Source: Candidatus Uhrbacteria bacterium (GTDB taxonomy: Bacteria > Patescibacteriota > Patescibacteriia > UBA9934 > UBA10169). Taken from it: 64,000 nucleotides of DNA. This document shows positions 35,673 to 45,106 of this stretch, in pieces; position 1 is the first letter of the stretch; each line of letters starts with the position of its first letter. Below the pieces are notes generated by a model. That model was given only the letters and a program-made list of their open reading frames with translations. It did not search any database and was not told the origin of the DNA. The stretch is from positions 71,499-135,498 of the forward strand of contig JACPJO010000005.1 of the NCBI GenBank assembly GCA_016187485.1, in the 5' to 3' direction. The translations under genes and the position numbers were made by a program.

Positions 35673-36903
35673 GCGGTGGCTCTATCTTCTTACGTGGCCG
35701 TTTTGACGCAGGGGCCACTCCCGTACTCGTGGGCGCACTCCGATACGCAGCCACAAGTCCCAACACAATAGCAAGACCAAGAACAATCAACAGCATGCGT
35801 ACGGTGCCGTTCTCTAAGTCGAAGAATGGTACGAAAATCTCCACTTGGTCTTCTACAACGTCACCCTCGGGCGACGTCATCTTCAGCGTGACAAGATACT
35901 CTCCTGACTCAGCATATGTGTGTACAACTTCGCGTCGGCGTGACGTTGTATCGTCTCCAAAATCCCAATTGTATGCATATCCTTCGTCGCGGCTTGGGGC
36001 AACGGCGTAGAAGTTGTACGTAGACCAGCGCACCTGTTCAAAGGAAAACTTTGTATCCTGTGACGATCCGCGGGTTGCTTCAGATTCCTCTTGAGCAGTC
36101 GTCTCGTCACTCTCTTCTGCCAAAGATGCCTCCGTGTCTCCCGTGACTTCTACCGCCTGCTCCTCTCCTGGTGCAGGAGGAGATGACAGAGCGGGAGCCG
36201 CGTCCGCGCTCGTGGGCGGCGTGGTTGTCGTTGTCTTTGCGGGAGATTGTGCTGGCGCGGGAGGTACAGGAGCAGGCTTTGGGGCCGGTGGCGGTTCCCC
36301 AAGCGGCGTTGTGTCAACCGCGTCGGATTTTCCATCGTCGTCGGTATCGACATCACGCGGGTCGGTTCCCTTCATGGCCTCCTGTTCGTTGGAAAGTCCG
36401 TCGCCGTCAATATCCGCGTCGCAAGCATCTCCATCCGTATCTGTGTCCATGTTTTTTTGGTCTGCATTCGTTGCTGCCGGGCAGTTATCATTTTGATCCA
36501 GCACCCCGTCACGGTCTTTGTCCGGAACGGGAGTCGCAAGCGCCGTGATGACGACATTATCATTCTTGTTCGTGTCCGGCGGATCTACGTTCGTCACCTC
36601 CACGCGGACATTAAACGTCCCCTCCGGAATAAGAAGATCCACAAACACCTCCTCCTTCACGCCACCGGCACGAAGCGAGATCACCTGCGGAGTTCCGCTG
36701 ATCGCCGTCCCGATATAAAAACTCACATCCCCCGTGACATCCACATCGCCGGTGTTTCTCAGTGTCGCATAGACACGCACGGTGTCCCCCACGTACAGAA
36801 TGTCTTTTGAAAAAGTCACCTCCGGGAGGATCTGCACTTCCGCCGCGGCGTGCGCAAAAAAAGGAAAGGCAAGAAACAGGACGGTAAGAACGGGTATGCG
36901 CAT
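35665..36903 (-). CDS. Cell-surface protein with thrombospondin type-3 calcium-binding repeats, a PKD domain and a C-terminal TM anchor
   Basis: The product has a signal peptide and an N-terminal Ig-like region with a Gly-Asp-Val motif. Repeated DxDxDGxxD motifs (DTDGDACDADIDGDG, DVDTDDDGKSD) follow, then WDFGDD (PKD) and a C-terminal hydrophobic helix with a basic tail. Confidence 0.65.
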   Translation of the reverse strand: MRIPVLTVLFLAFPFFAHAAAEVQILPEVTFSKDILYVGDTVRVYATLRNTGDVDVTGDVSFYIGTAISGTPQVISLRAGGVKEEVFVDLLIPEGTFNVRVEVTNVDPPDTNKNDNVVITALATPVPDKDRDGVLDQNDNCPAATNADQKNMDTDTDGDACDADIDGDGLSNEQEAMKGTDPRDVDTDDDGKSDAVDTTPLGEPPPAPKPAPVPPAPAQSPAKTTTTTPPTSADAAPALSSPPAPGEEQAVEVTGDTEASLAEESDETTAQEESEATRGSSQDTKFSFEQVRWSTYNFYAVAPSRDEGYAYNWDFGDDTTSRRREVVHTYAESGEYLVTLKMTSPEGDVVEDQVEIFVPFFDLENGTVRMLLIVLGLAIVLGLVAAYRSAPTSTGVAPASKRPRKKIEPPHA

Positions 36904-36927
36904 ATAGGCACAAGGATACCTGGCGAG

Positions 36928-37518
36928 TTAGGTATGAACAAGTTGAATGTGGACACCGGGAGAGAGCCATGCCCCAGGAGCTGAACCCAGCATAACGTGA
37001 AAGACGCTTTGATAAGAGGGATGGATGCGCACAAGGACGTTGTCAAATGTCTCGCGTGGATCATGCGCAAGGCAGACGCGTACGCGCTGGCCATTTTGTA
37101 CATGAAAATCTTCCGCGTCGTTTGGCGAGAGGTGAAGGTGCGGAAGTGGAATCAGTACACCCTGCGTGAGATCTATGGCACCTGCCGGTCCTTGCAAGCG
37201 GACAGACGGAGATTTCCTTGTGTCACCGGAATCACGATCGGGAATTTCAAGACCAAGCACACGTGCATCCCCAAGAGAAAGTTCCAGCTGGGTTTCTTCC
37301 CACGCGGGACCGATGATCGTCACATGTGCCAACATACCGCTCGGACCTGCCACCCGCACATCTTCACGATACACAAACTGTCCGTCAAGATACGGACGCG
37401 GACGCAGAAAAGAGAAGGCGTGCGTTTCCCCAAATAAAAGTCGGCCGTGCCGCTCGCTCAAGTGCACATGCGGGGTCTGAGCTTCAACGGGAATGCTCTG
37501 GTGCAACAGTGTGCCCAT
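36928..37518 (-). CDS. PduL-type phosphate acyltransferase (phosphotransacetylase-like)
   Basis: Two PduL half-site motifs are present (PHVHLSERHGRLLFGE and LPHLHLSPNDAEDFHVQNGQRV). The start is tentative (MGTLLHQ) and overlaps the corA 3' end by about 35 nt. Confidence 0.55.
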   Translation of the reverse strand: MGTLLHQSIPVEAQTPHVHLSERHGRLLFGETHAFSFLRPRPYLDGQFVYREDVRVAGPSGMLAHVTIIGPAWEETQLELSLGDARVLGLEIPDRDSGDTRKSPSVRLQGPAGAIDLTQGVLIPLPHLHLSPNDAEDFHVQNGQRVRVCLAHDPRETFDNVLVRIHPSYQSVFHVMLGSAPGAWLSPGVHIQLVHT

Positions 37519-38425
37519 ACGGACGGTGCTGGAATAAATAAAACAAGCAGAAGGTTGTGAAAAAGGAAATGATAAGAAGCAGGGCGACGACAAGCGGGTG
37601 CTGGATGAAGGGAAGCCACGGCACATTCATGCCGTAAAGCCCCGCAACAAGGGTTGGGGGCATGAATGCGGCCGCGATAGCCGTAAAAATACTCATAACT
37701 TCATTTGTGCGGTGCGTAAGAAGAGCTTCGTTGACCTCGAAGAGGCCGTCAATGATTTGCTTAATATTATCCGACGCCGCCCACATGGAGTCGAGAATGT
37801 CACGTACGTCATCAAAGTACACATGCGCCTCCGGCGGTAGGTATTCGCGTTCCATCGTAATCATATTCCCCAGCATCACGCGCTCTGGGTCCAAGCTTGT
37901 GCGCAAAAAAAGAACGTTGCGACGAATGCGCGCCAGCTCCAGCGTTGTCGCGCGGTCCCGCTCGTTGTACACGCCATCCTCCACCTTTGTGACGTGTGTC
38001 ATCAGCTCCTCCACAACGTCATGCGACTGCGTAAAGAGTACGCGCAAAATGCGGTAGAGAAGATAGGCAGGATCACGACCCATCACGTCCGCGCGAAATT
38101 TCGGATTGCGAGAGGCGCGTAGGAAAAAGCGCTCCAGAGCATCGAATGGCCGCTTTGTGACAGTGACCAAGTATTCTGACCCGAGAAAAATCTCGATGTC
38201 GTCCGTGATGATCCGCCCCCCGTCCGAAAAGCGTGGAATATGAAACACGGCAAACAAGTAATGTTTGTAGACATCGAGTTTTGGAATAGAGTTTGTTTGC
38301 GCAAGATCTTCAAAGTCGAGAACGTGAAATTGAAACTGTGTACGCAAAAATTCCACATCGGCTGAATCAAGTCCGTTGATGTGGTGCCAGATGAACTTCC
38401 TCCCTTTCACGTTGTTCTGACTCAT
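37484..38425 (-). CDS. corA: Magnesium/cobalt transporter CorA
   Basis: The translation has the YGMNVPWLPF (GMN) motif and two C-terminal TM helices. Confidence 0.85.
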   Translation of the reverse strand: MSQNNVKGRKFIWHHINGLDSADVEFLRTQFQFHVLDFEDLAQTNSIPKLDVYKHYLFAVFHIPRFSDGGRIITDDIEIFLGSEYLVTVTKRPFDALERFFLRASRNPKFRADVMGRDPAYLLYRILRVLFTQSHDVVEELMTHVTKVEDGVYNERDRATTLELARIRRNVLFLRTSLDPERVMLGNMITMEREYLPPEAHVYFDDVRDILDSMWAASDNIKQIIDGLFEVNEALLTHRTNEVMSIFTAIAAAFMPPTLVAGLYGMNVPWLPFIQHPLVVALLLIISFFTTFCLFYLFQHRPYGHTVAPEHSR

Positions 38426-38446
38426 GGGTGATAGTGTACCAAATTC

Positions 38447-39154
38447 TTACACTTTTTTCTTGTAACCAAACCGATAATGAAATAGATCCGAGCGGATCGG
38501 CCCGAAAAAGAGAACGTGGATGCCAGAAAGAGTGTAGACTGCTGCAGAGCGGAGATACCCATCACGTTCGAAACGGCGGGGCGGAGTGAAAATCAACTCA
38601 TGAAGGAAACCAAAGGACCCACGTTTGCTGGCTCGAACCCCATAGTCGTTGTCTTCGGCTAGTTTAATAGCCTCATCAAAACCGCCAAGTCCCTCGTGAA
38701 ATACGCGGCGGACAAAAATACATGTGCCGATAACATGAGGATGTATCGAGAGCAAGAGGTGTGTATAGGTGTTGTAGGCAGAAAAGAAAAGTCGCGCAAG
38801 ACGACCACGTGTCGCTTGGATGTCGGGACAGGCAATATCGAGGCGTCGAGAGACAAACTCCGCGAGTGCACGCTCCAAAAAAAACTTGTCGGGAAATTTT
38901 GCGTCGGCGTCCAGAAAAAGGAGAATGTCGCCGGACGCTGCTTTTGCTCCGCGGTTGCGTCCTTGCGCCGGCAACCCTCCGTCAACCACTCGTGCGCCAA
39001 ACGCTGTGGCAACCTTGCACGTCTGGTCTGTTGAATGCGCATCAGCCACAATTACCTCGATCGGCTGATAGGTCTGCGCGCGGATCCCTTGAAGGAGCTC
39101 TGGCAGTTCCCGGTCCTCATTGTAAGCAGGAATAACAATGGAGAGGGTTGGCAT
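38447..39154 (-). CDS. Glycosyltransferase family 2
   Basis: The translation has MPTLSIVIPAYNEDRELP and a DAD motif. Confidence 0.75.
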   Translation of the reverse strand: MPTLSIVIPAYNEDRELPELLQGIRAQTYQPIEVIVADAHSTDQTCKVATAFGARVVDGGLPAQGRNRGAKAASGDILLFLDADAKFPDKFFLERALAEFVSRRLDIACPDIQATRGRLARLFFSAYNTYTHLLLSIHPHVIGTCIFVRRVFHEGLGGFDEAIKLAEDNDYGVRASKRGSFGFLHELIFTPPRRFERDGYLRSAAVYTLSGIHVLFFGPIRSDLFHYRFGYKKKV

Positions 39155-39186
39155 AGAGACATAAACAGTATAGCATTGAACCCGCT

Positions 39187-40311
39187 ATGCCCTTCTGTCC
39201 AAAACCAGACGTCTGTGGATCGTGCGGGTGGGCGCATATTCCCTATCCTAAGCAACTCCAGCAAAAGCTCTCCGACATCAATGGCTCGTTTAAGTTGAAG
39301 AAACTCGCTACCCGTGTCGAAGAAATCTTTCCCTCTCCAAAAATCGAGCATTACCGTAACCGGATGGATTTTGTGATTGACTTCGAGGGCCGTGTCGGAC
39401 TTCGAGAAAAGGGCAAATGGTGGAAAGTCATTGATAACCACACATGTTTTCTTGGGGATGAGCGTATTGAGGAGCTCTTTGTCGCTGTGCGCGAATGGGT
39501 GCACTCCTGCGGTCTTTCTTTTTACGACCGAAAAGCACACACGGGACTTTTGCGTTACGCGGTGATCCGCGCCACAACAACAGGAGATGCGATGATCACC
39601 ATTGTGACAAGCAAACCGGCCGAGAATGAGCGGCAAAAAATTGCTTCGTCGCTTGCCCTCCTCGTTCCTCGCTCGAACACGTGCGAGATCATTTGGTCCG
39701 TGAACGACACAGAGAGCGACGTGTCCCACGTGGGCGTGCTCGAAACAATCCGCGGGAAAGGCTACGTGGAGGAGACGATCAACCAAAACCGCTATCGCAT
39801 CACGCCAAATGCGTTCTTTCAAACGAACTCACATGCCGCCGCGCTCCTTCAACAGACGGTTTTAGATTTTGCTGGTGCCGTTCACGATAAAAGAGTTCTT
39901 GATTTGTACTGTGGGAGCGGTTTTTTCTCTATCCCGTTTGCAAAACACGGCGCGCATGTCGTGGGAATGGAGAGCGTGGAGGAAGCCATCCGAGACGCGC
40001 GGGTGAATGCCGAACTCAACGGAGCCGAAATTGCATTCACCACCGCCGTTGTAGAGGAGACCGACTGGAGCATTCACAAACCTGAACTCCTTCTTTTGGA
40101 CCCCCCGCGCATGGGGCTGCACGATCGCGCGCTTGAAGCTGTAATCAAACACGCCCCGCCTGCCATTGTTTACGTGTCTTGTAACTATAAAAATTTTGCC
40201 CGCGAGCTTGTCATTCTTGAAAAAACGTATAGAGTGTCCGCCATGCGCGCGATTGATATGTTTCCGCACACGCCGCATGTCGAACTTGTTAGTTTGCTCA
40301 CGAAACGCTAG
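39187..40311 (+). CDS. 23S rRNA (uracil-C5)-methyltransferase RlmD/RumA family
   Basis: The N-terminus has an Fe-S Cys cluster (CGSCGWAH). A SAM-binding motif (DLYCGSGFFS) and a C-terminal catalytic Cys region follow. Confidence 0.75.
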   Translation: MPFCPKPDVCGSCGWAHIPYPKQLQQKLSDINGSFKLKKLATRVEEIFPSPKIEHYRNRMDFVIDFEGRVGLREKGKWWKVIDNHTCFLGDERIEELFVAVREWVHSCGLSFYDRKAHTGLLRYAVIRATTTGDAMITIVTSKPAENERQKIASSLALLVPRSNTCEIIWSVNDTESDVSHVGVLETIRGKGYVEETINQNRYRITPNAFFQTNSHAAALLQQTVLDFAGAVHDKRVLDLYCGSGFFSIPFAKHGAHVVGMESVEEAIRDARVNAELNGAEIAFTTAVVEETDWSIHKPELLLLDPPRMGLHDRALEAVIKHAPPAIVYVSCNYKNFARELVILEKTYRVSAMRAIDMFPHTPHVELVSLLTKR

Positions 40312-40316
40312 ACCCT

Positions 40317-41165
40317 ATGAAATCAGGCCTCGTTGCTCTCATTGGCCGATCCAACGTCGGTAAATCCACTCTCCTCAATAATCTCATTGGGTCGAAGGTT
40401 GCGATTACCTCACCTAAAGCACAAACGACGCGGCACTCCATTCAGGGCGTGTTAAACGACGCGCGCGGACAGATGGTCTTTGTGGACACGCCCGGCATCC
40501 TTCAAAAGCGAGATCGCCTTACGAAGCGACTCCTGCACATCGCGAAAAGCACGCTCGACAACGTGGACGTCATTGTTTATGTGGTGGATCCCACGCGCTC
40601 GATCGGGAGCGAAGAAAAGTTTGTCCTGAACCTTGCGCGCTCATCGCCAACGAAGAAGATTTTATGCATCAACAAAATTGATGATCCGCGGCCTGATTTC
40701 ATTGAATCCTATCGTGCTCTTGCGGAAGAGATAGGTACCGTTGTAGAGGTATCGGCTTTGCGTGGAACAAATTTAAAGCTTCTCATAAATATTCTCTTCG
40801 AGCTTCTTCCAGAGGGTGAACCGTTGTACCCCGAAGGCCAGCTGACAAACCTTACGAACGAAGAACTCATCGCAGAGCTTATCCGTGAAAAACTTTTTCT
40901 GCGTCTCCACGATGAAGTTCCTTACGGTCTCCACGTAGTCGTGGACGATGTCAAGGAACGGGAGAATGGGGACCTCTACATTCACGCCTTGATTCTCACA
41001 AACGATGAGCGCCACAAGCGTTACATTATCGGCAGTGGCGGTCGCGGGATTAAAGAAATCGGGCAATCGGCCAGAAAAGATCTTGAATCTATCATGCAAA
41101 AACATGTCTACCTTGAGCTTGAGGTGGAATTCGACGAACATTGGGTGGAGCGGCTAGCGGCGTGA
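40317..41165 (+). CDS. era: GTPase Era
   Basis: The translation has G1 GRSNVGKST and DTPG motifs and a C-terminal KH domain. Confidence 0.9.
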   Translation: MKSGLVALIGRSNVGKSTLLNNLIGSKVAITSPKAQTTRHSIQGVLNDARGQMVFVDTPGILQKRDRLTKRLLHIAKSTLDNVDVIVYVVDPTRSIGSEEKFVLNLARSSPTKKILCINKIDDPRPDFIESYRALAEEIGTVVEVSALRGTNLKLLINILFELLPEGEPLYPEGQLTNLTNEELIAELIREKLFLRLHDEVPYGLHVVVDDVKERENGDLYIHALILTNDERHKRYIIGSGGRGIKEIGQSARKDLESIMQKHVYLELEVEFDEHWVERLAA

Positions 41166-42188
41166 AGTGAGCGCATCAATAATACGCTTTGCTACGGCAA
41201 TGGGGTGTCCAGGATGATCGTTAAGTCCCGTCTCGCGGCAGAGCATGATACCGTCTGCTCCATCAAAAATGGCATTGGATAAATCCAGAATGTCTGAGCG
41301 GCGAGGAATATACTGATCAATGCTTGATTCGAGCATTTGCGTGGAGACAATCACCGGCTTGGCGGCGGCACGGCAGAGCGCCGTGATCTTTTTTTGAGCC
41401 AGCGCCAGCTCCTCCATCGGCACATTGAGCCCCAGGTCCCCTCGCGCAATCAATACCCAATCCGTTTCCTCGATGATTTCACGAATATGTTCCACACCTT
41501 TGGGTGATTCTACTTTGGAAACAATGAGCGGGTGCGCCCATTCCGTTGTAAATCGCTCCGCGAGCTCCGCTTTACAACGACGGAGCATTTCCTTCGAATT
41601 TACAAACGAGAATGCGACAAGTTCCGGTTTGGCCTCGGAGAGAATATCCATCATGGCTCTCGTCGTATCATTGCAGTGGTCAAGGTCATCAATAAGCGGG
41701 CCAAAGTTGAGACCTTTAAAGTTCTTATGTGTGCCCGTGACGAGGGACTTGGCACGAACCTCGCTTGGCGACACTATGTGCGTTACCTCAAAAGCCACCT
41801 CACCGTCACCTGTGGTGAAAATACTGCCGACCTTAAGATATATAGCAAAGTGTTCTAAATTTACGGGGATGTACTCCTTCCATCCAGGACTTTCTTTTCC
41901 TGTGCGAAAAGTAACAATCTCTCCCTCCTCAATAGGTGCCTCCTTCTCCGGAAAATCACCCGTGCGGATCTTTGCCCCGGGGAGATCCGCTAAGAGGCGC
42001 ACGCGTCTGCCCGATGCGGCAATCACCTCTCTTGCCGTACAAAGTTTCCCGCGGTTCTCCTCTGGCTCCCCGTGCGAAAGGTTATAGCGAAGAATAGTCG
42101 CGCCCGCATCCACAATCTCACGTACCTTGTCTCTGGCAAAAGTCTTGCGAGAAACAGTAGCAATAATTTCCATAAGGAGGCTAAGCAT
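41154..42188 (-). CDS. pyk: Pyruvate kinase, short form lacking the C-terminal regulatory domain
   Basis: The translation has RYNLSHG, ARGDLG and STQMLESS motifs. It is about 344 aa. Confidence 0.8.
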   Translation of the reverse strand: MLSLLMEIIATVSRKTFARDKVREIVDAGATILRYNLSHGEPEENRGKLCTAREVIAASGRRVRLLADLPGAKIRTGDFPEKEAPIEEGEIVTFRTGKESPGWKEYIPVNLEHFAIYLKVGSIFTTGDGEVAFEVTHIVSPSEVRAKSLVTGTHKNFKGLNFGPLIDDLDHCNDTTRAMMDILSEAKPELVAFSFVNSKEMLRRCKAELAERFTTEWAHPLIVSKVESPKGVEHIREIIEETDWVLIARGDLGLNVPMEELALAQKKITALCRAAAKPVIVSTQMLESSIDQYIPRRSDILDLSNAIFDGADGIMLCRETGLNDHPGHPIAVAKRIIDALTSRR

Positions 42189-42230
42189 TGATACAATAAG
42201 GATGCCCTCCTCCAGGGAACATGAAAATCT

Positions 42231-42917
42231 ATGCCCATAGCTTACGGCACAACACGTCTTCTTGTCACGCTTCTTGTCCTTATCTCTTTTGGGGTTCTCC
42301 TATGGCAGAGATTCGCCCCAACGATTGAACCTGCCCGTTGGCACGGAAGTGTGCTTGAGGGCGGTTCGGCAGAAACGCTCCGGCGCGGTTCCGCGCTTGA
42401 TTCTGGAGAGGAATTTCTTTTGGTGGAGCTCGAAGGAGTAAAATTTGCCCTTGCCGCGCGCACGGAACTGATATGGGAAGGAATGGAAGAGGAGACACCT
42501 GTAGTGAAGCTCGTCGGGGGACGAATCCTCACGAACGGCCCGGCCATTATCCGAACTCCCTGGATTACGGTAACGGCGCCAGAATCCGTTTCCGTTGTGA
42601 ACTATAGTTTTGATGATCGCGTCCAAATTCTGCCCATGAGTAAGACTGTGATGGCAAGCAACTCGACCATCGGTATCCTTCCCATAGTAAATTCCGCCGA
42701 GTGGGTAGAACGCGAGCGTGACCTCGTCACATCGCTCGAACCGTTTGACGCGTCCGCGTCGAGCGAAAAAGAATTCTACCAGTGGGCGCTCCCGCGCATT
42801 TCTCCTAGAGAATCGCTCGCTCGTCCATCTTTGGAACGAGTACTTCGGTTCCGAGTGTGGCGCGCAGATGCTCCGCAAACGCCTTTTTTTGTTCGGGATC
42901 CCCGTGCACAAGAATAA
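42231..42917 (+). CDS. Membrane-anchored protein of unknown function
   Basis: A 228-aa ORF with an N-terminal TM helix. Its 3' end overlaps the convergent beta-CASP gene by about 110 nt, so the true end is uncertain. Confidence 0.35.
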   Translation: MPIAYGTTRLLVTLLVLISFGVLLWQRFAPTIEPARWHGSVLEGGSAETLRRGSALDSGEEFLLVELEGVKFALAARTELIWEGMEEETPVVKLVGGRILTNGPAIIRTPWITVTAPESVSVVNYSFDDRVQILPMSKTVMASNSTIGILPIVNSAEWVERERDLVTSLEPFDASASSEKEFYQWALPRISPRESLARPSLERVLRFRVWRADAPQTPFFVRDPRAQE

Positions 42918-44157
42918 TTTTCTTTGGCGTCTTGCCATCTTCCGGCTGAAGCCATCGTGTCAACTTGTCCTTATCTCCATGCGCAGAAAAAGCGCCGATC
43001 GCCGAGACGGTCGCGGCAACAGGCACACGTTCGCCAAAAATTTTCACCTCTTTTGCGCCATCGAAAATTTTTCGACCGGTCGTTCCCCGTGCTTGGTAGC
43101 CAATAATAAGAAGGTGGGTCGAGGCATGCGGGAGATACCGACGAAGATGGTGCATGATCCGCCCACCGTTCATCATCCCGCTTCCTGCGATAATCACTTT
43201 GGGTGCTGCAACATCGTTGATCGCCTTTGATTCCTCTACACGGAGAGTTTCTCGCAAATTCGGGAAGGAAAAGAAGTCGCCATCGGGAGACATTGGAACG
43301 TCGAAGCGCAAATATTCTTTACTGTCGCGATATGTCTGCGTGGCGCGAATTGCCATGGGCGAGTCAAGAAAGATCGGCACGTTTGTTTTCAAGTCCTGCA
43401 AGAGGATCTGATCAATTTCATAAAGAAGTTCCTGCGTGCGTTCAATAGAAAATGCGGGGATAAGGAGGACACCGCGCTTGGCAACCGTATCGGAAATTGC
43501 CGCCATAAGCTTTGCCCGCCGCCGGCTCATCGCTTCGTGCGTGCGATCGCCATATGTGGACTCGCACACGACGACGTCTGCTTTGGAAAGCGGCTCCGTT
43601 GGCGGGAGAATGGGTACATCATCATTGCCAATGTCGCCAGAAAAAACGATGCGCTGGCCTTCCGTCTCGATGGAAATATAGGCGGAACCGAGCACGTGTC
43701 CCGCTTCGTGGAACATCACAGAAACTCCCGGCAGTGGTTGAACGGCTGTGTGATACCCCACGGTCTCGACACATTCATACACGTGAGCCACGTCGGCGGC
43801 AGAAAAAAGCGCGGTCACTCCCTCACGCTCTGCTTCCTCGGCCATGATCTGTACCGAGTCCTCAAGAATAAGACGCGAGAGCGGACGGCACGGAGGCACC
43901 ATGTACACCGTGCCCACAAACCCCTCCTTCAAGAGTTTCGGCAATCGTCCTGTGTGGTCTGCGTGTGGATGCGTAATGAAAACGGCACGCACCTCTTTTG
44001 GATCAAAACCAAAAGCCCGTGCGTTGTCACGAGAGGCAAATACGTCCCCTTGAAACATGCCACAATCCACGAGGATCTTCCCCGCGGGCGTAGTTACAAG
44101 GTGGCAGGATCCGGTGACGCCTTCGGCGGCTCCGTGGAAGGAAACTTCAAGAGCCAT
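42805..44157 (-). CDS. Beta-CASP family metallo-beta-lactamase ribonuclease (RNase J/CPSF-like)
   Basis: The start is set at MALEVSFHGAAEGVTGSCHLV. The HPHADHTG motif and beta-CASP and RMMBL regions are present. Confidence 0.75.
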   Translation of the reverse strand: MALEVSFHGAAEGVTGSCHLVTTPAGKILVDCGMFQGDVFASRDNARAFGFDPKEVRAVFITHPHADHTGRLPKLLKEGFVGTVYMVPPCRPLSRLILEDSVQIMAEEAEREGVTALFSAADVAHVYECVETVGYHTAVQPLPGVSVMFHEAGHVLGSAYISIETEGQRIVFSGDIGNDDVPILPPTEPLSKADVVVCESTYGDRTHEAMSRRRAKLMAAISDTVAKRGVLLIPAFSIERTQELLYEIDQILLQDLKTNVPIFLDSPMAIRATQTYRDSKEYLRFDVPMSPDGDFFSFPNLRETLRVEESKAINDVAAPKVIIAGSGMMNGGRIMHHLRRYLPHASTHLLIIGYQARGTTGRKIFDGAKEVKIFGERVPVAATVSAIGAFSAHGDKDKLTRWLQPEDGKTPKKIILVHGDPEQKKAFAEHLRATLGTEVLVPKMDERAIL

Positions 44158-44558
44158 AGGCTGGCGAGAAGAGAGAGGGTAATAAGGATCTGCGAAGTGA
44201 TGCACAGAACACACCATGCGCGCAGGACAAAGGCCTCAACCCCTGTAAGGTAAAGGCTGAAAAGAAAACCGGCTGCAGATGTGGCGATGAGAAACCAACT
44301 CGCAAAACGATCGGCTGGCGCACGCCATTTTACGAGCGCGCCGGCGAGAAGAAAAAGATACCCGATAAATCCAAGACCCGCCACGGGAATACCGAAAAAC
44401 TTAGCATATGCGCTTCGATTAACAAGATCGCAGTTGACCGTCTCATTAAGGTTACAGAATGTTCCTGTCACGACGTACTGATTATGCAGATAGGAATAGA
44501 CAGAGATGCCAAGACCAATAAGCGCAACTGCAATGATGACGCTGAGAAGTCGGCGCAT
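44094..44558 (-). CDS. Vitamin K epoxide reductase (VKOR) family membrane oxidoreductase
   Basis: The product has 4-5 TM helices and CNLNETVNC plus WCVLC (CXXC) motifs. Confidence 0.75.
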   Translation of the reverse strand: MRRLLSVIIAVALIGLGISVYSYLHNQYVVTGTFCNLNETVNCDLVNRSAYAKFFGIPVAGLGFIGYLFLLAGALVKWRAPADRFASWFLIATSAAGFLFSLYLTGVEAFVLRAWCVLCITSQILITLSLLASLWLLKFPSTEPPKASPDPATL

Positions 44559-44559
44559 A

Positions 44560-45075
44560 CTACTCTGCGCTCTCTACCTGAATGTCCTTGATTTGCAAGC
44601 CGCTGGATGCCTCTTCATCTACATCAACCGTAACGCCAATGGGGGTGGGGGCATCCTGTACCGGCTCTCCAGCCGGCACGGCATTTGCCTGTGGCGCAGC
44701 ATCAAGGGAGCAAACAGATTTTTCGCTCAGCGTCTCGAGAGTCTGTACACCTGTAAGACGGCTCCCGTCGGGAAACTCCCACGTCGGAACGCCAGTGATG
44801 TTGTCGTTCGCGCAAAGAGCAAACGAACGTTGTCCCTGCGGAGAACATTCCTTGTAGGGCACAAAGCGGAAGGCGTTGCCGAACATCTCTTTTTGTCTGG
44901 CGCAGTTAGGGCACCAATATGTGCCGTACATCTTCACCTCCTTTGAGGCAAGACACTGCGCAAAGCCGTCATAGGCCGACGGCGCGCGTTTATTATAGAT
45001 GGCAAGGGCGATGAGCAGGACGACGACCACGGCGGCAAGCACAAAGAGCCACCATGAAGATGAGCGAGTTTGCAT
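44560..45075 (-). CDS. Membrane-anchored thioredoxin-fold protein (DsbA-like partner of VKOR)
   Basis: The start is set at MQTRSSSWWLFVLAAVVVV. The active site is WCPNC. Confidence 0.7.
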   Translation of the reverse strand: MQTRSSSWWLFVLAAVVVVLLIALAIYNKRAPSAYDGFAQCLASKEVKMYGTYWCPNCARQKEMFGNAFRFVPYKECSPQGQRSFALCANDNITGVPTWEFPDGSRLTGVQTLETLSEKSVCSLDAAPQANAVPAGEPVQDAPTPIGVTVDVDEEASSGLQIKDIQVESAE

Positions 45076-45106
45076 ATTGCAGATATGATACCCGACCAGA
45101 GAAGGG

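Noticed and set aside
36134-36810. Several 120- to 187-aa ORFs on both strands inside the TSP3/PKD surface-protein gene
   Set aside because: They are low-complexity translations of the acidic repeat region. The minus-strand 412-aa frame has the signal peptide and domain motifs.
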